Made by a program: the position numbers and the translations under genes. 43,938 nt of DNA, from the NCBI GenBank assembly GCA_964552285.1, contig CAZKGT010000001.1, positions 1-43,938 of the forward strand. Direction: 5' to 3'. The notes under the pieces were generated by a model. It was not told the origin of the DNA, did no database searches, and was given only the letters and a program-made list of their open reading frames with translations. Shown piece after piece: positions 35,297 through 43,871 of this stretch. Position 1 is the first letter of the stretch; every line of letters begins with the position of its first letter. This DNA comes from an uncultured Pseudobdellovibrionaceae bacterium (GTDB taxonomy: Bacteria; Pseudomonadota; Alphaproteobacteria; Micavibrionales; Micavibrionaceae).

Positions 35297-37567
35297 ATGG
35301 GTACAAGCCAGGAAAAAACACAAGATTCAGGCGCACCGGAGGACCGGAAGGAGAAATTGAAAAATCACCTCCGTAAACACTGGAGGAAATACGCCATAGG
35401 AACCGCGGCGGCGGCTGGACTTGGCGGCTATATGTGGTGGCAATCGCCTGCTGAGGAGCAGAATAACAGCCCAACGCCGTCCCACGCCGAGTTTAACTGG
35501 GTTGCCATGCAGCATAAATCCGAAAAAGCCTGCCCTTTCCAGATCATAGAAGACCCCCCACCGCAGGAACAAGAAACATATGAAAGTGACGGGCCAGACG
35601 TTGGCTTCGTCGATGCTATGGGTACCGGTGATATCGAAGCAGCGCCAATGGGACCTGAGCAGATTGCCTGCATCGTTGCGACGTCCAAATTCGTTCAGTT
35701 AATGAGAAATGACCGTTTCGATCTGAAGAGCATCATAAAAACCCAGACAGGCGATGATACTTTCCGGGTTTCAGGAAGAACAAACGATGGGGTACGCGTT
35801 ACCACGAATATGGGCGCAAACGATTGGAATACAATGCTGGCTGCACAGGAAGAAAAAATGGAGCCAGTCTGGTACCATCAGACCGATCCTCAAATTCCCG
35901 GCGGTTCCGGTGGTGGTAACACTGGTGGTGGCGGATCAACCTTAATGATGTTACTCGTCGGCATTATTGGTGCATCGGTCATTTTCCAAATCTGGAACTC
36001 AATCAAACAACGACGCATGATGCAGAACGGTGATGCCAATCCGTTTGGAAAGATGGGCAAGTCGCCGCTGAAGCTTGAAAAACAATCCCCTGTAAGGTTT
36101 TCGGACATTGCCGGTGCCCACGAAGCAAAAGATAAGGCAAGGCGCATTGTCGAATACATTAAAAACCCCGAGAAGTACCAACGTCTGGGATCTGAAATCT
36201 CGCGCGGTACGTTGCTGGTTGGTGCGCCCGGCAACGGTAAAACTCTCCTGGCAAAAGCCATCGCCGGGGAATCAGGTGTCAATTTCTTCTATACGTCCGG
36301 GGCAGAGTTCACGGAAATGCTGAAGGGGGTGGGCGCCAGCCGGGTTCGCAATATGTTCGAAGAAGCCCGTAAGAATGCTCCCTGTATCGTCTTTATCGAT
36401 GAGATTGATGCGCTTGTGAAAAGCCGCGGCAACCCCATGGGAGATGGCGATGACCAGACCCTGACCCAACTTCTGGCGGAAATGGACGGCATTGCCGATA
36501 ATGAGGGTGTTTATTTCATCGCAGCAACCAACAGGCCGGATATCATGGATGAGGCGGCCAAACGTTCAGGGCGTTTTGGCCATCAGATTGAAGTGCCTTC
36601 ACCTAACCTGCTGGAACGTGAAGAAGTTATTCGGCTCTACATGAAAAAACACCCGCTGGCCCCCGGCATCGATCCCAGGGCGATTGCAAAAGGGACTCCC
36701 GGATTTTCGTGCTCTGATCTCCGGCAACTGATGAACGATGCCGGCCTTATTGCCGCCGACAAGGATCATAATGTCATTACCAAGGAAGATATTTATGAGG
36801 CCAAATATCAGGTCATGATCGGCGAGCGGCGCCAGTCGATGGTCGTTACCGAAGATGAAAGACGGAACACCGCTTATCATGAAGCCGGGCACGCCCTGAT
36901 CGGAATTTTTCATGATCCGCCGTATTACGACCTTCACGGAGTTACGATTTTACCGCGCGGTCGGGCCATGGGCGTGACAATCAACCATCCGGACACCGAC
37001 AGGCCGATGAGGGACTTTGGCAAAATGGAAGCCTATCTCGCCATGCTGACGGGCGGGCGGATTGCAGAGGAAATGATTTTTGACCGAAAGGAAGTCACTT
37101 TCGGCGCCTACGGCGATATTCAGATGGCCACCGACCAGATCCGGAAAATGGTTATGACGATGGGGTACGATGAGGATCTTGGTTTTATGAGCTACAACGA
37201 ACAGCCGCAAACGATCATAGGACATAAGTCCGGCGGAGCAACCCTCTCCGATGAAACAAGAAGGGAGATAGAGGCCGCGTGCCGAAAACACCTGAAAGCA
37301 GCCAAGGAGCGAGGGGAGAAAATACTCCATGAGCATAGGGGCAAACTGGAGTTGCTGGCTAAAGCCCTGTTGAAATTTGAGGAGCTTAACGGCGAAGAAG
37401 TGATGCAGGTGATAAACGGTGAGGAAATATCCCGGCCCGGGTTTGACGACGTTTCCGATGAGTTTACCGGTGATCCGGAACCACCGCCAAAACGAGGCTC
37501 AGTTCCCAGTGCAGGAAATATAAACCCTGCTGGTCTTTCTGGACCATCCGCATCTTTGAGCATGTAG
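35297..37567 (+). CDS. Divergent FtsH-family AAA+ zinc metalloprotease paralog
   Basis: Two TM segments ('YAIGTAAAAGLGGYMWW' and 'LMMLLVGIIGASVIFQIW'). Walker A 'GAPGNGKT', Walker B 'IVFIDEIDA', 'ATNRPD', 'HEAGHAL' and 'GGRIAEE'. The pore-loop position reads 'EMLKG' instead of the canonical 'EMFVG'. Confidence 0.9.
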   Translation: MGTSQEKTQDSGAPEDRKEKLKNHLRKHWRKYAIGTAAAAGLGGYMWWQSPAEEQNNSPTPSHAEFNWVAMQHKSEKACPFQIIEDPPPQEQETYESDGPDVGFVDAMGTGDIEAAPMGPEQIACIVATSKFVQLMRNDRFDLKSIIKTQTGDDTFRVSGRTNDGVRVTTNMGANDWNTMLAAQEEKMEPVWYHQTDPQIPGGSGGGNTGGGGSTLMMLLVGIIGASVIFQIWNSIKQRRMMQNGDANPFGKMGKSPLKLEKQSPVRFSDIAGAHEAKDKARRIVEYIKNPEKYQRLGSEISRGTLLVGAPGNGKTLLAKAIAGESGVNFFYTSGAEFTEMLKGVGASRVRNMFEEARKNAPCIVFIDEIDALVKSRGNPMGDGDDQTLTQLLAEMDGIADNEGVYFIAATNRPDIMDEAAKRSGRFGHQIEVPSPNLLEREEVIRLYMKKHPLAPGIDPRAIAKGTPGFSCSDLRQLMNDAGLIAADKDHNVITKEDIYEAKYQVMIGERRQSMVVTEDERRNTAYHEAGHALIGIFHDPPYYDLHGVTILPRGRAMGVTINHPDTDRPMRDFGKMEAYLAMLTGGRIAEEMIFDRKEVTFGAYGDIQMATDQIRKMVMTMGYDEDLGFMSYNEQPQTIIGHKSGGATLSDETRREIEAACRKHLKAAKERGEKILHEHRGKLELLAKALLKFEELNGEEVMQVINGEEISRPGFDDVSDEFTGDPEPPPKRGSVPSAGNINPAGLSGPSASLSM

Positions 37568-37640
37568 GAAAACCATGCCAAAGAGACGATAATTCAGAAA
37601 GAAGCGCTTTGACCGTTCATGTTGGGGAACCGTGTTGGAT

Positions 37641-37715
37641 TGGAGCGGGTGAAGGGATTCGAACCCTCGACTTCAACCTTGGCAAGGTTGCGCTCTACCC
37701 CTGAGCTACACCCGC
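37641..37715 (-). tRNA. tRNA-Gly (anticodon GCC), CCA encoded
   Basis: The reverse complement 'GCGGGTGTAGCTCAGGGGTAGAGCGCAACCTTGCCAAGGTTGAAGTCGAGGGTTCGAATCCCTTCACCCGCTCCA' folds into a 75-nt cloverleaf. The acceptor stem pairs 7/7, the anticodon loop is CTTGCCAA-type and the T-loop is TTCGAAT. Confidence 0.95.
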
Positions 37716-37738
37716 GTCTCATATCCAAGAGTATCAGC

Positions 37739-37766
37739 ACTATAGAAATTTTTCGGCAGAATGCAA
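37739..37766 (-). promoter_or_regulatory. Candidate sigma70-type promoter for tRNA-Gly
   Basis: On the minus strand, 'TTGCAT'-N16-'TATAGT'. The -10 element ends 23 nt upstream of the mature tRNA 5' end. Confidence 0.4.
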
Positions 37767-37782
37767 GAGGATAAAAGCGTTC

Positions 37783-38058
37783 TTAGTGGACGGTGACAAG
37801 CGGGACATCATATCCGCGCAGTTCTTCGCCGGGAACAGCCGTCAGAATATGCATGCTGGGGCTGCCGGATATGCATTCGGAGGCCTGATCGGTTAGCTCA
37901 TAATCCATGAGATCGCCCTCATGCTCCGGGTCGTCATAAACCAGCATTACAAGTTTTTGATCCTTGTAAAATTCTATTCTTTTCACCATATGGGGGAACG
38001 GCGTGTCCGTTACCACGACCATCGTGCCATTGGGAAGCTTTCCAAGCTCAACATTCAT
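37783..38058 (-). CDS. Hypothetical small acidic protein (91 aa)
   Basis: An ORF in the track with no recognisable motif. It starts 14 nt downstream of the stop of the 57-aa ORF on the same strand. Confidence 0.5.
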   Translation of the reverse strand: MNVELGKLPNGTMVVVTDTPFPHMVKRIEFYKDQKLVMLVYDDPEHEGDLMDYELTDQASECISGSPSMHILTAVPGEELRGYDVPLVTVH

Positions 38059-38072
38059 AGTTTATGTACCTA

Positions 38073-38246
38073 CTACCCGTTACCTATCCCAGGTAAAAAT
38101 TGCGGGACCAGCGTTGCGTTCATATCCGCAGCCTGTTCAAAACCGCAGGATTCTATGACTTTTCCCACGGGGTTACCTGCAAGAGGGCCCATAGAAACCA
38201 TCCCCGCATATTCTGCTGCCGAACAAACCGGACCACTATTACTCAT
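38073..38246 (-). CDS. Hypothetical small ORF (57 aa, too short to appear in the supplied ORF track)
   Basis: Hand translation gives MSNSGPVCSAAEYAGMVSMGPLAGNPVGKVIESCGFEQAADMNATLVPQFLPGIGNG. A strong SD-like 'ggggg' (38256-38260, minus strand) lies 9 nt upstream of the ATG at 38246. Confidence 0.35.
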   Translation of the reverse strand: MSNSGPVCSAAEYAGMVSMGPLAGNPVGKVIESCGFEQAADMNATLVPQFLPGIGNG

Positions 38247-38386
38247 ATAAACAATCCCCCTTTTTCTATGATTACATAACCAGAAAAAAATTAAAAATTA
38301 TTAAAATTCCGGCGTTCGGGGGTTGTTTTGTTGTGTTTTTTGCGTTTAGGTCGATCCCGTTGATATTATAAGGAGTTTTGAGCCCT

Positions 38387-38932
38387 ATGTCCGGGACGCC
38401 TGATTTGCAAGCCCCCCTGCCGGATATTCCAACATCGCCGGAGGATTTGTTCGCACAATTCGAATCGCTGGGAATTTCCTGTGAACTCCACCATCACGAG
38501 CCAATCTTCACGGTCGCCGAGGGGCTGCACCTGAAAGAGAACATCCCGGGACTGCACTGCCGGAACCTGTTCGTGCGGGACAAGAAAGGAACCATGTTCC
38601 TGGTCGTGGCCGCCAATGAAACGCAGATTGACCTCAAGAAGCTGCCAAATCTTCTTGGCTGCGGACGGCTGTCGTTCGGCTCACCGGAAAGGCTATGGAC
38701 GTATCTCGGTATCCGCCCCGGCTCGGTGTGCCCGTTCTGCATTGTCAACGATACGGAAGGGCAGGTTCAGGTTATTCTCGACAGATATATGATGGGCGCG
38801 GAAATTGTCTGCTATCACCCGCTTGACAACGCCATGACGATCGGCCTGACCCCCGCCGACCTCATCCGCTATATCGAAAGCACGGGACACGAAGCGCAGG
38901 TTGTCGATCTGGAAGATGCCGCGCCGGATTGA
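38387..38932 (+). CDS. YbaK/ProX-type aminoacyl-tRNA trans-editing deacylase
   Basis: 'HHHEPIFTVAEG...LHCRNLFVRDKKGTMFLVVA...IDLKKL...RLSFGSPERL...LGIRPGSVCPF' fits the prolyl-tRNA-synthetase-associated (ProX) family. I prefer the ATG at 38387, 11 nt after 'aggag'; the TTG at 38378 is too close to it. Confidence 0.82.
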   Translation: MSGTPDLQAPLPDIPTSPEDLFAQFESLGISCELHHHEPIFTVAEGLHLKENIPGLHCRNLFVRDKKGTMFLVVAANETQIDLKKLPNLLGCGRLSFGSPERLWTYLGIRPGSVCPFCIVNDTEGQVQVILDRYMMGAEIVCYHPLDNAMTIGLTPADLIRYIESTGHEAQVVDLEDAAPD

Positions 38933-38987
38933 TTTTTCAAGGAAAGCCCTTAAGTTAAGGCATACAATCAAGAGAATGGAGACTTTT

Positions 38988-39911
38988 ATGCTGATCGGAG
39001 CAAATGATCAGGGCCCGGACGCCGCACAGGATAATCTTATTTTCGATGTCACCGGGCCGGAATTCGAACAGAAAGTCCTGCATGCCTCAATGGAGGCGCC
39101 TGTTATCGTTGATTTCTGGGCGCCGTGGTGCGGGCCGTGCAAACAGCTCGGTCCTGTGCTGGAAGCTGCCGTTATGGCTGCGGGCGGGCAGGTTACCATG
39201 GCCAAGGTCAATCTTGATGAAAACCAGGAACTGGCGCAGGCGCTGCGCATCCAGTCCGTGCCGACGGTATTTGCCTTCTTTCAGGGCCGCCCGGTCGACG
39301 CCTTTCAGGGCGCCAAGCCGGAAAGCGAAGTAAAAGCATTCGTCGCCCAGCTGGTCAAGCTGGCAAAATCGTCCGCGCCGGATGCGATCGACATCCCGGA
39401 AGCGCTGGCCATGGCCGCGCAGGCGCTGGCCGATGAGGATTTTGGGGCGGCGCAGGCGATCTACGCACAGGTATTATCGCAGGACGAGACCAACGCCGAC
39501 GCCTATGCCGGGCTTATCCGTACCTATATTGCCGCGGGCGTAAACGAACAGGCACAAGCGCTCATAGAAAACGCGCCGCCGGAGATTGCAAAATCGTCCG
39601 CTTTCGAAGCCGCAAAGTCTGCGCTGGAACTTGCCGAAGCCTCTCCGTCCGGTTCCCTTGAAGATCTTGCCATCAAGGTCACGAGAGCCCCGGACGATCA
39701 CGAGGCGCGCTTTGATCTCGCAATGGCCGAGTTTACAGGCGGGCGCAAGGAAGAGGCGATCGATAACCTGATTGAGATCATCCGGCGCGAGCGGGAATGG
39801 GAGGATGAAAAGGCGCGCAAGCAGCTATTGAAGTTTTTCGAGGCGCTCGGGCCGTCCGATCCGCTGTCAATCAAAGGGCGCCGAAAGCTTTCCTCGGTTC
39901 TTTTTTCTTAA
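38988..39911 (+). CDS. Thioredoxin-domain plus TPR co-chaperone (YbbN/CnoX-like)
   Basis: 'VIVDFWAPWCGPCKQLGPVLE' is an intact WCGPC thioredoxin motif. The C-terminal region is helical, Ala-rich and TPR-like. The start at 38988 lies 6 nt after 'ggag'; the ATG at 38976 is also possible. Confidence 0.85.
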   Translation: MLIGANDQGPDAAQDNLIFDVTGPEFEQKVLHASMEAPVIVDFWAPWCGPCKQLGPVLEAAVMAAGGQVTMAKVNLDENQELAQALRIQSVPTVFAFFQGRPVDAFQGAKPESEVKAFVAQLVKLAKSSAPDAIDIPEALAMAAQALADEDFGAAQAIYAQVLSQDETNADAYAGLIRTYIAAGVNEQAQALIENAPPEIAKSSAFEAAKSALELAEASPSGSLEDLAIKVTRAPDDHEARFDLAMAEFTGGRKEEAIDNLIEIIRREREWEDEKARKQLLKFFEALGPSDPLSIKGRRKLSSVLFS

Positions 39912-39934
39912 GGAATTTGCTCTAAATTAGTGTC

Positions 39935-40579
39935 ATGGCAAGCAACCCTTTCGCACCGGATTTTCAAGACCTGCCGCAGACGCTGCCAATTTTTCCGCTG
40001 CCGGGCGTACTCCTTTTGCCCCGCGGACAACTGCCGCTGAACATTTTCGAGCCGCGCCACCTCAACATGGTCGAGGACGCCATGCGCAGCGATCGCCTGA
40101 TCGGCATGATCCAGCCCCAGGAAGACGGTGAAATCTATAAAACCGGCTGTGCTGGCAAAATAACAAGTTTCGACGAACAGGATGACGGGCGCTTCCTGAT
40201 TACGCTTACCGGCATCTGCCGTTTTGATGTGGCCGAAGAGCTGGATGTTATCCGTGAATACCGCCGTGTCAGCCCGGACTGGGGGCCCTACCAGGAGGAC
40301 ATTGACGGCAAAGATTGTCTGGCACTTGACCGGGAAAGGCTGCTGCCCCTGCTGAAGACTTTCTTCGACATGCACGATCTGACCTGTAGCTGGGAGCATA
40401 TCGAACAGGCGCCGGACCAGAAACTGATTACCTGCCTGTCGATGATATGCCCGCTGGACCCCGGTGAAAAACAGGCACTGCTGGAATCGCCCTGCTGCAC
40501 CGCGCGGGCAAAACTCTTCACCACCATGCTGGAGATGGCCGTCAAGGGCCGCGACTGCTGTTCCGGCAAATGTCATTGA
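39935..40579 (+). CDS. LON substrate-binding (LonN) domain protein
   Basis: 'LPIFPLPGVLLLPRGQLPLNIFEPRHLNMV' is the classic Lon N-terminal domain start. No AAA or protease domain is present. Confidence 0.85.
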   Translation: MASNPFAPDFQDLPQTLPIFPLPGVLLLPRGQLPLNIFEPRHLNMVEDAMRSDRLIGMIQPQEDGEIYKTGCAGKITSFDEQDDGRFLITLTGICRFDVAEELDVIREYRRVSPDWGPYQEDIDGKDCLALDRERLLPLLKTFFDMHDLTCSWEHIEQAPDQKLITCLSMICPLDPGEKQALLESPCCTARAKLFTTMLEMAVKGRDCCSGKCH

Positions 40580-40609
40580 TTGCCGCCCAAAGCCCGCTAT
40601 AATGCCGCC

Positions 40610-40804
40610 ATGACCAACGAAGTCGATCCAAAGCTGCTCGAGATTCTGGTGTGCCCGCTCACCAAGGCGCCCCTGCGCTATGACAAGGAAAAGCAGGAGC
40701 TTCTCTCCGACAGTGCGCGCCTTGCCTATCCAATCCGTGACGGCATTCCGATAATGCTGGTGGAAGAAGCCCGTGAGCTTGAAGGCCGGGAAGTGAAGAA
40801 ATAG
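40610..40804 (+). CDS. Trm112/UPF0434 family small protein
   Basis: '[46 protein letters not shown]'. I prefer the ATG at 40610. Confidence 0.8.
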   Translation: MTNEVDPKLLEILVCPLTKAPLRYDKEKQELLSDSARLAYPIRDGIPIMLVEEARELEGREVKK

Positions 40805-40857
40805 CAGGCACTGCCTTCCCGCGATTCCAGTTCCATTCAATCCATTCTTGTTTTTTG

Positions 40858-40890
40858 CTTCCGGAGCAACAGTTCCGGGAGGTTTTGTTG
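40858..40890 (+). terminator. Possible intrinsic terminator after the Trm112-like gene
   Basis: 'cttccgga' pairs with 'tccgggag' (one mismatch), with an 8-nt loop. It is followed by 'gttttgttg'. Confidence 0.35.
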
Positions 40891-41061
40891 CAAGGATACA
40901 ACACACCATTTCCTTTCTTATCAATCCTTTAGACAGGCATGACAAATTTATGCCCTGCAAATTACAAATATCAGCCATTCGTCTATTGCATATCTAAAAA
41001 AACGGTTTTATAAGGGGCTCTTCAGTCATATGAAACGCAGCAAAGATAAGGGAACAAGGAT

Positions 41062-41793
41062 ATGCGTAATAAACTACTTCTTACGGGGGCCGTGGTTGCC
41101 TCTCTCGGGGCGGCAGCCCCGGCAATGGCTGCCGAGCCGTTCGGTGAAGGATTCGGAGAACTTTCCGCCAATGTCGCCTTTACCAATAACTATGTCTTCC
41201 GGGGGATAACCCAGTCCGATGAGCAGTTTGCACTGCAGGGCGGCTTTGATTACAGCCATGATCTGGGCATCTATCTTGGTATCTGGGGCTCATCCATCGA
41301 CTTTAATGACGGTGATGAAGGCGAACTGGAAGTCGATTTTTACGGCGGATGGGCCGGTTCCTACAACGATATCGGCATCGATCTCGGTGTGATCTATTAC
41401 TGGTACCCGGGTGCAGACGATGCGCTTGACTATGACTATGTCGAACTGGCCGGTAGCCTGAGCTATGATTTCGACATGTTCAGCGTCGCAGCAGGTCTGA
41501 ACTACTCGCCGAACTATTTTGCGAACTCCGATACCTTCTGGTATCCGCATGCCAGCATCGAATTCGGCCTGCCTTACGAGTTCACGCTGGGCGCCTCTAT
41601 CGGTCATAACGACATTGATGACGAAGCGTCCTTCGGTGTCGAGGACTACACCGACTACAGCATCAGCCTCGGCTACGAGTTCTACGGCTTTGACCTGTCA
41701 CTGGCCTGGATCGACACCGATCTGGACGAGCCGACGGAATGCGCCGACGGCTGCGAAGATCATATCGTCTTCACGGTTGCCCGGAGCTTCTAA
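41062..41793 (+). CDS. TorF-family (TIGR02001-like) outer-membrane beta-barrel protein
   Basis: Signal peptide 'MRNKLLLTGAVVASLGAAAPAMA', then 'NVAFTNNYVFRGITQSDEQFALQGGFDY', alternating aromatic beta-strand patterns and a C-terminal Phe. Confidence 0.8.
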   Translation: MRNKLLLTGAVVASLGAAAPAMAAEPFGEGFGELSANVAFTNNYVFRGITQSDEQFALQGGFDYSHDLGIYLGIWGSSIDFNDGDEGELEVDFYGGWAGSYNDIGIDLGVIYYWYPGADDALDYDYVELAGSLSYDFDMFSVAAGLNYSPNYFANSDTFWYPHASIEFGLPYEFTLGASIGHNDIDDEASFGVEDYTDYSISLGYEFYGFDLSLAWIDTDLDEPTECADGCEDHIVFTVARSF

Positions 41794-41855
41794 GGAGAGC
41801 TTTTTAAAAATCTTGTCAAATCCCTCCACCTCCATGTCCACCTAAGAGGGTTCAG

Positions 41856-41890
41856 CCGGCGTCCTGATATTTCAGGGCGCCGGTTTGATT
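41856..41890 (+). terminator. Intrinsic terminator after the porin gene
   Basis: A 12-bp stem pairs 'ccggcgtcctga' with 'tcagggcgccgg' (one G-U pair on the plus-strand RNA), with a 4-nt loop. It is followed by 'tttgattt'. Confidence 0.6.
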
Positions 41891-42529
41891 TCAGGACATT
41901 TGCTGGCGGATATTAACAAAAACATCCTCGAACATCCAGGTTGTGAGGCGCTTGGTCTGGGTGTTGTAGCGTGAACAGTGATAGCTGTCTGCCAGAATGA
42001 TGCCGTTTGAAAGAGTGTGAAACGCGCCGTGCGAGAATTTAAAGGCGGACTGTTTTTCCCCGCAGGTCTTCAGGACAGAATTATGCGCGATCAGGCCGAG
42101 CACAAGAATCACCTTTAAGTACGGCATCGATTCAATTTCCGTTTTCAGAAACGGGCGGCATTTGCCGATTTCCGGCCCTGTCGGCTTGTTCTCCGGCGGA
42201 ACGCAGCGCACGGCATTGGTGATACGGCAGTTTACAAGCGCCAGCCCGTCATTCGCACGGGCGCCATAAGAGCCACTGGCAAAACCGAACTTAAGCAAGG
42301 TTGCGTACAGCAGGTCGCCCGCATAGTCCCCGGTAAAGGGCCGCCCGGAAAAATTCGCCCCCTTCAGGCCGGGGGCCAGTCCGACAATCAAAAGCCCCGC
42401 ATCCGCCGGGCCGAACGAGGGAACGGGCGCATTGAACTTATCCGGGAAAGATACACGGTTTTTCTCCCGGAACGCCGTCAGGCGCGGGCAGAGAGAACAA
42501 TCCGGTTCCGGTGCTGAGAATGCCGACAT
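41891..42529 (-). CDS. Uracil-DNA glycosylase superfamily protein (family 5/UDGb-like)
   Basis: 'CSLCPRL', 'GLAPGLKGANFSGRPFTGDYAGDLLY' and 'HCSRYNTQT' resemble the family 4/5 Fe-S UDG motifs. The GLAPG motif in place of GEAPG points to family 5. Confidence 0.8.
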   Translation of the reverse strand: MSAFSAPEPDCSLCPRLTAFREKNRVSFPDKFNAPVPSFGPADAGLLIVGLAPGLKGANFSGRPFTGDYAGDLLYATLLKFGFASGSYGARANDGLALVNCRITNAVRCVPPENKPTGPEIGKCRPFLKTEIESMPYLKVILVLGLIAHNSVLKTCGEKQSAFKFSHGAFHTLSNGIILADSYHCSRYNTQTKRLTTWMFEDVFVNIRQQMS

Positions 42530-42574
42530 GGCGTCATCATTTCAGAGCGTGCGCTTTCAGGCAAGAGAGCCGGA

Positions 42575-43222
42575 TCAGCCGGCGGCAAATTCCGGCTGAC
42601 GCTCGTCATCTTCAAGGACCTCATCATCCGGATAATCGTCATAGGCGGGGCGCTCCGCACCAGCACGGGCGATCTCCTCGGCCAGCGTATTCAGATCCAG
42701 AAAATGATCGGCCTGGCGGCGCAGTTCATCGGCCACCATCGGCGGCGTGGATTTGATGGTACTGACCACGGTCACGCGCACACCCTTGCGCTGGATGGCC
42801 TCGATCAGCCGGCGGAAGTCGCCGTCACCGGAAAACAGCATGATATGGTCGACATGATCAGCCATTTCCATCACGTCAATGGCAAGCTCGATATCCATGT
42901 TGCCCTTGATCTTGCGGCGGCCTTGGGAGTCGACGAATTCCTTGGTTGGTTTTGTCACCATCGTGTAGCCGTTGTAATCCAGCCAGTCGACCAGCGGACG
43001 GATCGGTGAATATTCCTGGTCCTCCAGCAGCGCCGTATAGTAAAAAGCCCGCACAAGACGGCCCTGTCCGGCAGCCCATTCAAGCAGCAGCTTGTAGTCT
43101 ATATCGAATTCAAGAGACTTGGCAGCGGCGTAAAGGTTTGATCCGTCAATAAACAGCGCAAGCTTTTCTTCCGCGTAGAATGGGATGTGCGCCGCTTTCT
43201 TCTGCTGTCTTTGTGCGTTCAT
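42575..43222 (-). CDS. NYN/LabA-like (DUF88) domain protein
   Basis: 'LALFIDGSNLYAAAKSLEFDIDYKLLL...MLFSGDGDFRRLIEAIQRKGVRVTVVS'. Confidence 0.85.
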   Translation of the reverse strand: MNAQRQQKKAAHIPFYAEEKLALFIDGSNLYAAAKSLEFDIDYKLLLEWAAGQGRLVRAFYYTALLEDQEYSPIRPLVDWLDYNGYTMVTKPTKEFVDSQGRRKIKGNMDIELAIDVMEMADHVDHIMLFSGDGDFRRLIEAIQRKGVRVTVVSTIKSTPPMVADELRRQADHFLDLNTLAEEIARAGAERPAYDDYPDDEVLEDDERQPEFAAG

Positions 43223-43475
43223 AATTATTTTGTTTCCTTATGGTTGTGTATTCTACGAAAAAGACTACTTTCTATATTCATCCTTCAATGAAAGAGTACA
43301 TTAGTATATTTTAATATAAAAACATTCAACCACTTTTCCAGTTCCTCATAAAATTATTTGTGTGAAACGGCAGGACAAGCCCGGAGGCCAATATGTTTTT
43401 TGTGATCCCGCTTGCTTTTGCGCAGGAAACCTCCTATAAATTCGCCTGCTTGATTTTTATTGATGAGGATATGCC

Positions 43476-43871
43476 ATGGCCCGCGTGACCATTGAGGATT
43501 GTATAGACAAACTGGATAACCGCTTCGAGCTTGTGATGGTTGCCGCGCAGCGCGCCCGCAAGATAGGCTCCGGCTCGCCGCTGACAATCGAACGCGACAA
43601 CGATAAAAACCCTGTCGTCTCCCTGCGCGAGATCGCCGATGAAACGGTTTCGATCGACGAGTACAAGGAAGAACTTGTCCGCAACCACCAGAGAATCATC
43701 GAATCCGACGATGAAGATGATGAAGTCATCGACCTGATGGAGGGCGAGGAAGAGTGGAACGCTATTGTCTCCCGCAATGCCGATGCCGACATGGACAATG
43801 ACGATAACGACGAGGACGATTCAGAGCCGTCGCTGGAAGATCTTGCCGGAATTTCCGCAGAGGAAGAATAA
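43476..43871 (+). CDS. rpoZ: DNA-directed RNA polymerase omega subunit with an acidic C-terminal extension
   Basis: '[30 protein letters not shown]' is the canonical RpoZ N-terminus. Confidence 0.92.
   Translation: MARVTIEDCIDKLDNRFELVMVAAQRARKIGSGSPLTIERDNDKNPVVSLREIADETVSIDEYKEELVRNHQRIIESDDEDDEVIDLMEGEEEWNAIVSRNADADMDNDDNDEDDSEPSLEDLAGISAEEE

Noticed and set aside
33649-37715. Integrative genomic island at tRNA-Gly
   Set aside because: There is no integrase or recombinase gene, and I could not find a direct repeat of the tRNA 3' end near 33.65 kb. Only the lower GC content and the tRNA adjacency remain, so I report these as an observation and not as a mobile-element call.
43700-43871. 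Acidic Asp/Glu-rich C-terminal extension of RpoZ as a novelty
   Set aside because: I recall extended acidic tails on omega as common in alphaproteobacteria. I treat this as lineage-typical rather than unusual.
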